A stretch of DNA of 63,875 nt, the filler included, from Octopus bimaculoides (lineage: Eukaryota): NCBI RefSeq assembly GCF_001194135.2. It is 4 parts of 4 records of this genome, joined end to end, with 100 filler letters (N's around TTAATTAATTAA, not from the genome) between each part and the next. Parts side by side here need not be neighbours in the genome. Positions count along the whole stretch, not along the records: positions 21,111 to 32,774 come from NC_069005.1; positions 32,875 to 62,752 come from NC_069002.1; 2 more parts are not named here. One strand, given 5' to 3'. The position numbers and the translations under genes are program-made. Within the stretch, counting starts at the first letter, position 1. Each line of letters begins with the position of its first letter. Below are positions 24,092 to 37,330 of the stretch, piece after piece. The notes below the pieces were generated by a model. The model was not told the origin of the DNA and did no database searches. It saw only the letters and a list, made by a program, of their open reading frames with translations.

Positions 24092-24337
24092 TAGGCTGTC
24101 CATTTATCCAGAATTCTTCTTCGCGGTAAGACGAAAAATTTTTATGTTCGCCTCCCGCACACATCTTTGCCTGCATATGTCGTAAGGTTATTGACTGCTA
24201 TTTCCAGCAAACATTGGTACCTTGTTGTGCCACTATTTCCTATTTATAATTCTACCATTACGGTGCTTTATTTAACTGGAAAATAATACTATTGTATTGC
24301 AATAATATTTATAATTTATATATATATATATATATAT

Positions 24338-24453
24338 GACGGGCTTCTTTCCGTTTCCGTCTGCCAAATCCACTCACAATGCCCAAAGTGCTACTCACTG
24401 GGACTGAACCCAGAAACATATGGTTGGAAAGCAAGCATCTTACCACACAGCCA
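24338..24453 (-). mobile_element. SINE family A, internally deleted 5' part
   Basis: gacgggcttctttccgtttccgtc...gggactgaaccc...ttaccacacagcca. Confidence 0.75.
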
Positions 24454-24951
24454 AGATAATCTCATTAAAGAATTATGGAACCAAGATGTGACTTGGGATT
24501 ATTGATCAATGTCAAGTAAAGTGAATCGCCGTCGGTTTCGACGTTGAAGATTCAGTTGTTTGAATAGCTGTATTACCCGGATGAGTATTCCGCATATATC
24601 ATTGAAGTAATTCTGACAAAGAATCAGTATGTCACACAATGTGTGACAAGGTTAAACTTTTGGGTTACATGTATAATCCGTGTGGCGGGATTGTACACAG
24701 TTTCTGGCCACCTAGTTTCACTCACAAGGATTGCGTCGCCTCGAGGCTATAGTGAAAGAAACGTGCCCAAGATGCCAAGTAGTGGGATCTGACCCAGGAC
24801 TTCGTAATGCGAAACGAGCATTCGATCATACTACTAACAATATTGGCAACGACATTCGTTATCACTTGCCACATAAATGACTGAAACTTGAAAAAAAATA
24901 TGTGGGCCGAATCAGCTCATTGTTTCTCGTGTCAATATCGACAATTTTTAG

Positions 24952-25370
24952 GGCGGCGAGCTGGCAGAAACGTTAGCACGCCGGGCGAAATGCTTAGCGG
25001 TATTTCGTCTGAGTTCAAATTCCGCCGAGGTCGACTTTCCCTTTCATCCTTTCGGGGTCGATAAATTAAGTACCAGTTACGCACTGGGGTTGATATGATC
25101 GACTTAATCCCTTTGTCTGTCCTTGTTTGTCCCCTCTGTGTGTATCCCCTTGTGGGCAGTAAAGAAATAAGGAACGTTAGCATACCAGACAAAATGATTA
25201 GTGGCATTTCCTACGTCTTTACGTTCTGAGTTCAAATTCCGCCGGGGTCGACTTTGTCTTTCATCTTTTCGGGGTTGATAAAATAAGTACAAGTTCAGCA
25301 CCGGGGGCCGATGTAATCGACTTATCACCTCCCGAAACTACTGGCCTTGTGCCAAAATGTGGAACCAATA
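24952..25370 (+). mobile_element. Two tandem SINE family B copies with different 3' tails
   Basis: ggcggcgagctggcagaaacgttagc head, B box gagttcaaattcc, domain gtcgactttgcctttcatcctttcggggtcgataaattaagtaccagtt. Copy 1 ends aaagaaataa (25170); copy 2 ends ggaaccaata. Confidence 0.9.
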
Positions 25371-25601
25371 CCAACAACTTTGAATCAACATTGCAATTGT
25401 TGGTAACTCAACAGAACAACACACGTTCGGCGTGGTTTATTTTCAAAGACTGAAAAATCTAGAAACTTGAATCAATAGTGAAGTATTTTACAGTTTGACA
25501 ATCTTTTGGATCAATTCCAAAAGTGGTTTTGTGATTTACAAAATCACGAACTCTGACAAGAATTATATACTAGCAAGAGAGGCAGTATGAATACCGAGAT
25601 G

Positions 25602-25760
25602 TAATATTTGTCCCCACTTCAAAGTGGATGCTCTGTTAGAACAAATTATTCTGTGGTAGATACTACAAGGAAAAGCCAATATGAGAGGTTCTCTCGTCGT
25701 ATCTACCGCAGTATAGTTTGTTCCAACAAAACATCCACGTTTAAGTGGGGCTAAATATTA
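25602..25760. mobile_element. Palindromic MITE-like element, 72-bp arms
   Basis: Arms 25602-25673 and 25689-25760 match 58/72 with a 15-nt loop. Confidence 0.7.
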
Positions 25761-25977
25761 TGTAACAAGAAATATATAAAACTCTTTTTGATGTGATGCC
25801 AAATAAAGCTCTTGATTTCTTGCAACTTGAGTTGACTAACACTTTGAGATCAAAACTTAACATTTTTATCTTGTGGTGGGATCTTATTAGGAAAATCTAT
25901 AGATGCTGAATAATGACTCATTGAATATTGGATCTCTGTTTTCTATCACTTACTATTGGAAATTATTTTTCTCAACA

Positions 25978-26190
25978 ATCCTTTAGTCTTTAAACCAACT
26001 CTAGCTGGCCCAAATATTCTATTTGTTTTATGTTCAACCTGGCTGCATCTGGCCTATCTCATCTACCCTACAATGTCATGCTAAAAATAAACAACCACAT
26101 CATTGAAATCCTTGAAGTTACAAGATAATGCATGATTAATTCATAACAATGTAGATGAATAAGCATTACATTTAATAAAGTAATTTAAGA
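25978..26190. mobile_element. Possible piggyBac-like MITE remnant
   Basis: Begins caatcctttagt, like a decayed TTAA-CCCTTTAGC end; the internal sequence resembles a repeat I recall from octopus. Right end missing; unverified. Confidence 0.3.
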
Positions 26191-26342
26191 CCCACTTCCG
26201 TATTAGACTAGAGGAAGTGGGGCCCAGAACCTTCTGAAAGAAGTACATTTGAAAATATTTTTACTGATTTTATTTTATTTAAAGCCTAACTTTTCAACTA
26301 ATAGTGGATTTTAGAAACACCTATTAATATTTATTTGCATTA

Positions 26343-26770
26343 AGGCAGCGAGCTGGCAGAATCGTTAGAACGCCAAGCAAAACGCTTAGCGTCATTTCGT
26401 CTGTCTTTGTGTTCTGAGTTCAAATTCCACCGAGATCGATTTGCCTTTCATCTTTTCAGAGTCGATGAAATAAATACCAGCTGAGGATTGGGGTCGATGT
26501 AATTGACTTACTTCCCATCCCGCGAACTTGCTGGTCTTCTGCCAAAATTTGAAACCAATATCTTTAGATGCTATAAGGCGGCGAGCTGGCAGAGTTGTTA
26601 GTATGCCGGGAAAAATACTTTACGGCATTTTGTTCATCTCTACGTTCTGAGGTCAGATTCCAACTAGGTCGTCTGTGCCTGTCATCCTTTCGGGACCAAT
26701 AAAATAAGTACCAGCTGATCACTGGAGTCAATGTAATTGACTTACTTCCACCCACAAACTTGTACCAAAA
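26343..26770 (+). mobile_element. Two tandem SINE family B copies
   Basis: Heads at 26343 and 26577, colinear with 24952. Confidence 0.85.
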
Positions 26771-27370
26771 TCTGTCATCTGTATCAAAATCCCAAACCAA
26801 GATTTATGTAAATAAATTGGTTTACATAATTATTTACATAAATATTTAAAACCAATATTTAATTACCTGTTTAAATTAATTACAGTTGTTTCAAACCCCA
26901 AATCTCATCAACTTTAATGAATAAAAAAAGCCAATGTAAGGATGAGTATGCCAAAATTTCCGTCATTTTTCGAATTTCTTTCCGAGTGTTTTATAATAAT
27001 TATTTTTTTAAAATAAAATAAACAGTTCAGTANNNNNNNNNNNNNNNNNNNNNNNNNNNNNNNNNNNNNNNNNNNNNNNNNNNNNNNNNNNNNNNNNNNN
27101 NNNNNNNNNNNNNNNNNNNNNNNNNNNNNNNNNNNNNNNNNNNNNNNNNNNNNNNNNNNNNNNNNNNNNNNNNNNNNNNNNNNNNNNNNNNNNNNNNNNN
27201 NNNNNNNNNNNNNNNNNNNNNNNNNNNNNNNNNNNNNNNNNNNNNNNNTTTCGGTTTGGTTTTTTTTTTTGCTCCCATAGACATACATTTTTCTCTCTGT
27301 TGCTCATGTTAAACCCCGCCAAACCAGAGCCAGGGGCAAATGTTAATGTTCCCAGCAGGCAGAAACGTTA

Positions 27371-27589
27371 GCGGTGAGCTAGCAGAAACGTTAGTATGCC
27401 GGGCGAAATTCTTAGCAGTATTTCGTCTACCGTTACGTTCTGAGTTCAAATTCCGCCGAGGTCGACTTCGCCTTTCATCCTTTCGGGTTCGATAAATTAA
27501 ATACCAGTTGCGTGTACTGGGGTCGACCTAATCGACTGGCCCCCTCCCCCAAAATTTCGGGCCTTGTGTCTAGAGTAGAAAAGAATTAT
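27371..27589 (+). mobile_element. SINE family B
   Basis: Full head, domain and tail ending gtagaaaagaattat. Confidence 0.9.
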
Positions 27590-27920
27590 GCACCACCATT
27601 TTATTTTATCATGTGTATGTATGCGCATGTGTATGCGAGTAACTTTGTGTATGTGGTTATGTGTGTGTGCATGTGTGTGTGTGTGTGTGTGTGCGTGTCT
27701 GTGTGTGTGTGCGTATGTCAGTAAACATGCATCAAAGAAACAAGATGGTAGATGAACAGAGGTGTGTATATATGTGTACGCGCTGGGTAGGATTGGTCGA
27801 AGGAAGAAGTAGTTTTCTGTGTGTGTGTGTGCTTGTGTGTGTGAGTTTGTGTGTATGTGTGCGGTAATTGTTTCAGTGTGATGAATGAAAGTCTGTATAA
27901 AACTGTATAAAAGCGAGAGG

Positions 27921-27959
<39 letters not shown>

Positions 27960-28121
27960 ATGTATGAATGTGTGTGAGTCTGTGTGTGTATATATATATA
28001 CATATGTATACACACACGCACACACATATATATGTATGTGTGCTGGACTATTACGCCATTCTTTTCATCTATTTGTATTTCATGTAAACACACACACTCA
28101 CTATGCCTACTTGTATTTATC

Positions 28122-28167
<46 letters not shown>

Positions 28168-28821
28168 CACATACGCACGTATATAGTTAACTAGTCAACA
28201 CTTAGAATGAAACAGGTTAGCTCATTATCCAAATTTACTCTTCCATCCCATTTATTCAGCTAACTGCTCGCTGTGACTGACTGAAAGTCGGGTTTCAGTT
28301 TGGCAAAGATTTCACCTTCACCACCTCTGGATGCCAGAAAATATGGCTGACACGTCAGTGACATTTATTAACATGTTAAAGCCACTTAATATTCACAACG
28401 AAACTTTTATGAAAACCATTTCACTTTTAGCTATTGTTTCGATATTTATTTCTATTTTTAGTGTCAACTCAACCATTTTTCTCGCCTTACCATTTTCTCT
28501 CGCTTACTCATTTTCTCATTTTTTCTTTCATTTACGGAACCATACCATCACTCATTTCTGACTATCTCCATCTCTCTCTCTCTCTCTTTCTCTATCTATC
28601 TATCTATCTATCTCTCTATCCTTCTCTCTCTCTGTCATTCTCTCTCTCTATCCTTCTCTCTCTAGCCTTCTCTCTCTCTCTCTCTTTCTCTCTTTCTCTG
28701 TCTGTGTCTCTCTCTCTATCCGTCTCTCTCTCTATCCGTCTCTCTCTCTATCCGTCTCTCTCTCTATCCTTCTCTCTCTAGCCTTCTCTCTCTCTCTCTC
28801 TTTCTCTCTTTCTCTGTCTGT

Positions 28822-28868
<47 letters not shown>

Positions 28869-29378
28869 CTCTCCCCCCTCTCGCTCTCGAACTGTTTCTT
28901 TCGTTTACTCCTCGCTGGAAAGAATTTCTTTCCGCTTTCTCTAGGACATACATACTCGCATTACACAGACATGCATTTCGCAAACACATTTCTCATACGC
29001 ATACATAAACTCACAAACACATTCATACANNNNNNNNNNNNNNNNNNNNNNNNNNNNNNNNNNNNNNNNNNNNNNNNNNNNNNNNNNNNNNNNNNNNNNN
29101 NNNNNNNNNNNNNNNNNNNNNNNNNNNNNNNNNNNNNNNNNNNNNNNNNNNNNNNNNNNNNNNNNNNNNNNNNNNNNNNNNNNNNNNNNNNNNNACACAC
29201 ACACACACAGACACACACACACACAGACACACACACACACACACACACACCCACTTACATACATTCAGGGGTTATAAAAACTATAAGCGAGTTACTCTTT
29301 TAGACATGAAATACTCAAACACAATTTTGTTCCTGGTTTCATCGTGGTTTTTGATATTCGTAATATTTAACATACGAA

Positions 29379-29583
29379 AGGTGGTGAGCCGGCAGAACCG
29401 TTAGCATGCCGGGCAAAATGCTGCTAAGCATTTTGCCCGTCTTTATGTTCTAGGCTCAAATACCGCGAAGATTAACTTTGCTTTCATCCTTCGGGGGTCG
29501 ATAAATTAAGTACCACATTTATGTTATCGATTAGTCCTCTCCTCCCAAATCTCACGCCTTGTGCCTATAGTAGAAAGGATTAT
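29379..29583 (+). mobile_element. SINE family B
   Basis: Colinear with 27371, followed by an (ATT)n tail. Confidence 0.8.
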
Positions 29584-29595
29584 CATTATTATTAC

Positions 29596-29632
<37 letters not shown>

Positions 29633-29679
29633 ATTATTATTATTATTATCTACACACAAACACACACACGACTCTAGAT

Positions 29680-30600
29680 AAAATCAACTCAATTGGACTT
29701 AAGATGGCAAAAGACCTTAATACAGAAGACTGCACAGAACCTTATCAACCTAAAATACCAAGAATTTACTGGAAGGAGGGCATAAATTTAATTTAAAAAA
29801 CAAATCTAACAGTAAGACTGATTTGCTCGTTTAAATCTGATATTGATAGAATGAATAAAAAAAAATTTAGATCGTATTATTCCTTCTTTAAAATCAATAA
29901 TTTCTCTTAATCTCGGGATTGATTCTTTAAATGTGATAGACTGGTTTGTAAACCTAAAGGACTGAAAGAATATGAAATTTTTACAAATTGATATTAATAA
30001 CTATTATTCATCAATTAATCCTATTCTTCTCAACAAAGATCTTATTTTTGCTATGAAAAATGCGATCTTAACAAAAAAGAAATTGATATAATTCTATATG
30101 CCAGAAAAACTATCATTAAATTTGAAAATAAACTATAGATTCGGAAAAAATAGAACTGAGAATTTTGATATCATTACGGGGTCTGGTAACTCTGCAGTTG
30201 CCACAGATCATGTAGGATTGTATTTCTTATATAATATTAAAGAGTAATTCCCTTCTATTCAAGAAGGTCTATGTAGAGACGATTCGCTTTTTTTCATTTT
30301 ATAAATATAATCATATTGAAATTGAACGTAAAAGAAGAAAAAAAAACATTAAATTCTTTAAACATTTTGAGCCTTCCATCACTGTGGGTTCGAATCATAA
30401 AACAACTGATTTCTTAGATATCTGTTTGAATTTAAAACTCTGATTTATATAAACAGTATCACAAAACTAATGAAAATCTTCAGTGCATACACAAGAAATC
30501 AAATCATCCACGTACAATTATAAATTTAATTATAAATGGCGTTTCACATCATATTTCTAAAATTTCAGCTAACAAAGATATGTTTTTCCTATCATACTAA
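29680..30600 (+). pseudogene. Decayed Penelope-like element reverse transcriptase
   Basis: Frame-shifted translation: VRLICSFKSDIDR (29812), FLQIDINNYYSSI, NFDIITGSGNSAVATDHVGLYFL, GLCRDD (30266-30283), DFLDICLNL, KKSNHP. These match PLE RT motifs (CRLINP.KS, FDI.DFYPSI, FDV.MGS.DGAE..ELVGL, GLYRDD, FLDV, SNHP). Contains stops and frameshifts. Confidence 0.85.
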
Positions 30601-30950
30601 CTACTATAATTTAGTTCTTCTAATAGCTCGCTATAAAGATAAGACAGCGTGTACTAGATAATACAAACGATAAACAACAGTTAAGTACTACAAATAATAA
30701 ACCACTTAATAAATTCAAAAATTGTTCCATTAACGCAGAGCGTCGTAACATTAATAAATCTGAAGATAAACAAAATATATCGACCAAACACATACATCAC
30801 ATTATTATAAGTACTGCAGTTATAAATTTAATAACAATTAATATAGTTCTAATAACACTAATAATTATTGCAATGAGCTTATTAATAGATATATGATTTA
30901 ATTAAAATAATGAATGTTATAAATCTAATAAATCACTTAAAAGAAAATCA

Positions 30951-31303
30951 TATGGTAAGAACTTTGCTTCCTGACCACAGTATTCTGGGTTCATTTCCAT
31001 TGTGTGGTACCTTGAACAAGCGTCTTCTACTGTTGCCTTAGGCCAACCAAGGCCTTGTGAGTGACTTTAGTAGGCGGAAACTGAAAGGTTCTCCTGTGTA
31101 TATAAATATGTGTTTGCGTGTTTGTATGCTTGATAACCGGTGTGGATATGTTTGTATCCTCGTAATCTAGCGGTTCGGCAAAGGGAGTCGATAGAATAAG
31201 TATCACGCTTTCAAAAAGTTTTCGGGTTGATTCGTTCGACTAAAGTTCTTCAAGGCTGTGCCCCAGCATGGTCGCAGTCTAATGACTGAAACAAGTAAAA
31301 AGA
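30951..31303 (+). mobile_element. SINE family A
   Basis: Colinear with 50774; tail ends aatgactgaaacaagtaaaaaga. Confidence 0.8.
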
Positions 31304-31424
31304 TTTTAAAAATAGATATATATATATATATAAGTATGTAAGTACATATTTATATATACGATGTTCTGTGCTGGCGTTCTTTCATCGTTAATGTATAAAA
31401 GTTGATGTATATATATATGCATTT

Positions 31425-31461
<37 letters not shown>

Positions 31462-32874
31462 NNNNNNNNNNNNNNNNNNNNNNNNNNNNNNNNNNNNNNN
31501 NNNNNNNNNNNNNNNNNNNNNNNNNNNNNNNNNNNNNNNNNNNNNNNNNNNNNNNNNNNNNNNNNNNNNNNNNNNNNNNNNNNNNNNNNNNNNNNNNNNN
31601 NNNNNNNNNNNNNNNNNNNNNNNNNNNNNNNNNNNNNNNNNNNNNNNNNNNNNNNNNNNNNNNNNNNNNNNNNNNNNNNNNNNNNNNNNNNNNNNNNNNN
31701 NNNNNNNNNNNNNNNNNNNNNNNNNNNNNNNNNNNTGTGTGCATGCTTGTGTTTGAAATTGTAAGTCATAGTTTCATGTCTGAAATTTTGCCAAGGTGTA
31801 AATCATTTCCTGTAGAAGGTCAAAGGTTATGCTTCTTTCTCTTTTTGTTTCTATAAACCTGACCAAAGCCTGTTGCTACTATCCAATACAAATAACAAAT
31901 GGTTTCATTTTATCTCTTTGCTTCCAATGAGGAGACTGCCATGATTGTTTTTAAAAAAAAAAAATTATTTTCTCACCAACCGCCAATAACAAAGTTCAAC
32001 TGACAGAACAAGTTATGTACTTGGTTAAGTCAAAAGCTTTTTCGTATTTCGAGTTTTAATTAATTGCTCAAACAATTTACATACGAAACGCGTTTATTCA
32101 TCAAAATATATCCCATCATATTCTATTGTCTGTTGCCATCCTTGTGCCAGTAACTCAGTCCCATGCTTATAAATAAACAATAAATAATTAACGTTTTAAT
32201 GTTATATATGAAGAGGAAGAGTAAACAATTCAGCAACGATTGGACAAATATCAAACTAATGATACAACATAGAGGTACATGTTGCCAAAAATTATCAGTG
32301 AAAATCGGAAAAAACTTTTGACTTAGCCTGGTGGTGGTAACATTATTATTATATTAGTACTAGTAGTTGTTGTTGTTGCTGTTGTGGTAGTTGTGGTCGT
32401 AGTTATAGTTGTTGTTATAGTTGTAGTAGTAGTAGTAGGTGCTATGTTTTTGTTGTTTAGCCCCAAGTTAGCTTTCATTGAGTAAACCTCTAATCAAAGA
32501 CGGTCGACTTATGATCCCCTGATCAAGGATATTGCAAGCATGACCACCACATGTTTTTAGACGTATCACTTCTGTTTTTAAGGCAGTAGAAAATAATTTG
32601 AGGAAAAATTAGGTGCTTCTAATTTTAGCAAGCTGAAGGACCTCATAGAAGCTCCCTAATTGACATGGAATTTTTTTTTAAATGGTTTGGATTGGAAGAA
32701 GATGCTGTATCCATGGCCTTCGCAGATCCTGATGGAGCGACGAAATTGATGTCATTAATGCTTTACGTAAACTTNNNNNNNNNNNNNNNNNNNNNNNNNN
32801 NNNNNNNNNNNNNNNNNNTTAATTAATTAANNNNNNNNNNNNNNNNNNNNNNNNNNNNNNNNNNNNNNNNNNNN

Positions 32875-32939
<65 letters not shown>

Positions 32940-33328
32940 TATATATATACATACACATATGTGTATACACACATACACACATATACATACATACATACAC
33001 ATATGTATGCACACATATGCACATATATATACATACATATGTATATATACATAAATATGGATGTATACATATGTGTGTGTTGTGAGAGACACACCCGTAT
33101 ACTGTCTGGTGTTTCACTTCTTTCCTTCTTTTGTATTAGAGTCAACTAGTTAACTAATTAACCAGTTAACTAATCAATTGTCTGATTAATCTTTTGATCA
33201 GTCAATCAATTGATTGATCAAGTAATTGCTTAATTATTTAAATGGTTCACTAATAATTGTAAAAACTAAGTGAAATAGAATTTGTGTGTGTGTGCGTTTG
33301 TGTTTGTGTGTGTGCGTGTGTGTGTGTT

Positions 33329-33374
<46 letters not shown>

Positions 33375-34170
33375 TGTCTGTCTGTCTATCTGTGCNNNNN
33401 NNNNNNNNNNNNNNNNNNNNNNNNNNNNNNNNNNNNNNNNNNNNNNNNNNNNNNNNNNNNNNNNNNNNNNNNNNNNNNNNNNNNNNNNNNNNNNNNNNNN
33501 NNNNNNNNNNNNNNNNNNNNNNNNNNNNNNNNNNNNNNNNNNNNNNNNNNNNNNNNNNNNNNNNNNNNNNNNNNNNNNNNNNNNNNNNNNNNNNNNNNNN
33601 NNNNNNNNNNNNNNNNNNNNNNNNNNNNNNNNNNNNNNNNNNNNNNNNNNNNNNNNNNNNNNNNNNNNNNNNNNNNNNNNNNNNNNNNNNNNNNNNNNNN
33701 NNNNNNNNNNNNNNNNNNNNNNNNNNNNNNNNNNNNNNNNNNNNNNNNNNNNNNNNNNNNNNNNNNNNNNNNNNNNNNNNNNNNNNNNNNNNNNNNNNNN
33801 NNNNNNNNNNNNNNNNNNNNNNNNNNNNNNNNNNNNNNNNNNNNNNNNNNNNNNNNNNNNNNNNNNNNNNNNNNNNNNNNNNNNNNNNNNNNNNNNNNNN
33901 NNNNNNNNNNNNNNNNNNNNNNNNNNNNNNNNNNNNNNNNNNNNNNNNNNNNNNNNNNNNNNNNNNNNNNNNNNNNNNNNNNNNNNNNNNNNNNNNNNNN
34001 NNNNNNNNNNNNNNNNNNNNNNNNNNNNNNNNNNNNNNNNNNNNNNNNNNNNNNNNNNNNNNNNNNNNNNNNNNNNNNNNNNNNNNNNNNNNNNNNNNNN
34101 NNNNNNNNNNNNNNNNNNNNNNNNNNNNNNNNNNNNNNNNNNNNNNNNNNNNNNNNNNNNNNNNNNNNNN

Positions 34171-34226
<56 letters not shown>

Positions 34227-34679
34227 TGTCTGTCTGTCTATCTGTGCTACTTACTGGCAGAAAAGATTTGCAAAGATGACAAGGGTTTCAGGCAAAGTAT
34301 TTCATGTCCAGAATCTTGTCAGGCAAAAATTAAATAGATGAGTGTGTGTGTGTGTGTGTGTGCATATGGCTTTTTGTGTCTTCCTCCCTCCCTCCCTCCT
34401 GTTCTCTCTCTCTCTCTCTCAATCTCTCTCTCTTTCTCTCTCTCTCTCTTTCTCTCTCTCTATCTATCTATCCATCCATCTATCTTTCTATCTACCTACA
34501 CACTTACCTCTGACTCTCTCTCTCTCTCATTTGTCATTTGTAAATAATCAAATTCATAAATCATGAGATTATCATCATCATCATCATTGTTGTTGCTGTT
34601 GTCCTCTTCAACATCATGATCAACAGTAACAAAACCACCTCCACCACCACCACCACCACCACCTCCACCACCACCATCA

Positions 34680-35441
34680 GTATTTTCCGTCCACATTTCT
34701 ATACCCACAAGGTTTGGTCAGTTTCCACGAGGCAATGTTTCCTAACTAAATGACCCATTTTCCTTACCAGTCCACCATGATAAGTCCTCTGTTATATCAT
34801 GCAGGCAGGCAGGCACATGGTACTTCGATTCCAGTGGGGGGGGGGATGCACACAATAACAGGAAACGCAATGAAGACAGCAGTCCTCATCCATACACAAC
34901 ACATGACCATACCAGCACAGTCGTCTCTCTTGCACCCCCACATCTGATACTTCTTATGCCCAACTTTTCTCTCAGGGCGCTTACACTCTATCATGTATGC
35001 ACACTGATATCACACATCCAGCGGAGCATACAAGCTTCATTTCTTACAAGTTTACCCCTACCCAGAATTCTTCACTATACTCATTGCCAGCCATCACTTT
35101 ACTGATAGCATCCCTGTACATGGCTTGCACAACTCTCACCAACCATTCATCTATCCCTAGTTTCTGCATTGACCACCAGATAAGGGACCAGGGTACCTTG
35201 TCAAAGGCTTTCCCTATTTCAATGAAAGCCAAGTACAGAGGTTTGTCTTTGGCTATGAATTTCTCCTGCAGCTGTCTTACCAGAAATATAGCATAAGTGG
35301 TGCTTCTGCCTGGCACAAGACCAAACTGCATCTCATCTAGACTAACTCTCTCCCTAATTAGTTGGGTACGACTTTCTCTATGACTTTCATTACCTGATCC
35401 AACAGCTTGATACCTCTGTAATTATTCATATCTAATGCGTC
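34680..35441 (-). mobile_element. RTE-clade LINE remnant (RT N-terminal part joined to C-terminal part and tail)
   Basis: NYRGIKLLDQVMKV, QFGLVPGRSTTYAIFLVRQLQEK, LYLAFIEIGKAFDKVP, then MLRWMCDI...ALREKLGIRSI...RLCWYGHV; ends in a GAT/GGT repeat tail. Confidence 0.9.
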
Positions 35442-35450
35442 ACACTCACT

Positions 35451-35483
<33 letters not shown>

Positions 35484-36299
35484 GTATATATGTGTGTGTG
35501 TTAACTCCTAACCAATTCTTGATAATCTTTGTTGGTTCTATTTTAACTTCCTCATAACGTAGCGGCTCAGTAAATGACTCTGATAAAATTAGCACCACAC
35601 TTAAGAAAGTACTGGAGTTGATTTGCTTAACTAACACCTTTTAAAGTGGTGCCCCAGCATGGTCACAGCTCAATGACTGGGACAATTAAAAAATAAAAGA
35701 AGAGACACAATATTAATATTCCTAACAAGATAAGATTAACTGATATGGTTAGAAAGTTGAAATTAGAGACATCATAATAATTATAATTTGAAATGTTTAA
35801 TTACAAATATCATAGAAATAACATTCTCATGACAAGAAGTCTCCTGTTCCTAGTTGGCATGTTGTAGTAGTCGAACCAGCGTGTGGCCATCATCGGAGGA
35901 GTGAACAAAAGAGGTAGAGGCAATAAGGTGACTTCCTGAGTGCAAACGCACTCAAAGAACGTATAAGATATCATGCAGGGAGCAGGAACAAGTTGAAATT
36001 CAAATAATATCACCGTTGTTAGTGAAAAGGAATTGCTAAGAGAGATGAAGCCTCTGAATTTAATCATAGCGTAAACACCTACATATATACATACATATAT
36101 ACATACATTCGTAAACTCACACATGCACACACACACACACACCCACACAGATATACACACACAAACGTACACGTATGTACTTAGGTGTACATTGCACAGA
36201 CACACACATATATGTATACACACATATATATATGTGCATACATATATGTAAATTATTTATGTGTGTGTGTATGTATATGCGTGTGTGTGTGCATGTATG

Positions 36300-36339
<40 letters not shown>

Positions 36340-36494
36340 ATGTATATAAACATACATGCATATATATATATACATATATATACATAAATGTACATATGTA
36401 TATATATATATATATCTATATATATATATATATATACACACATACATATATGCACGTATATATATATGTACATACATATATGCATATATATATA

Positions 36495-36532
<38 letters not shown>

Positions 36533-36844
36533 CATACATATATGCACATATATATACATATATATCAACATACATACATATATATACATACATATGTATA
36601 TATAATACATATACATGTGTGTACTCACATACAGAGCACGGAATAGTCCAAGTCATTTTATCAGAAACAAATTAAACACCAACAGAAGATCTGAATGGTA
36701 ACTGAGACGATCACGTTTTCATTGTTATGAAATACAACATCGTTTAGAATTCTAATGAAGGACACAGATACCGGGACACACACATATATATATATATACA
36801 TGCACAAAAACATTAATATATTACATGGATATATGCAAATATAT

Positions 36845-36881
<37 letters not shown>

Positions 36882-36919
36882 TACACACACACAGACAGAC
36901 ACACATATATGTGTATACG

Positions 36920-36951
<32 letters not shown>

Positions 36952-36960
36952 CACGCATAC

Positions 36961-37013
<53 letters not shown>

Positions 37014-37171
37014 TATAAATATATGCACATGCAAACACAGACAGAAATTTGTAATATATTCATTTACATATACGAATACATATTACATATATGCATATAT
37101 ATATGTGTGTGCTTGTGTGTATATATACATATGTATATTTTTATCAATATCTATCAATATCTATCTATCTT

Positions 37172-37202
<31 letters not shown>

Positions 37203-37272
37203 GCATGTATATCTATATACATATGTTTACACACATACACACACCACATGTTTATGTATGTATGTTTGTATG

Positions 37273-37330
<58 letters not shown>

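Noticed and set aside
35810-36050. ~80-codon open frame (...PPMMATRWFDYYNMPTRNRR...) on the minus strand
   Set aside because: No recognisable family, and the other frames look equally protein-like; may be a decayed repeat.
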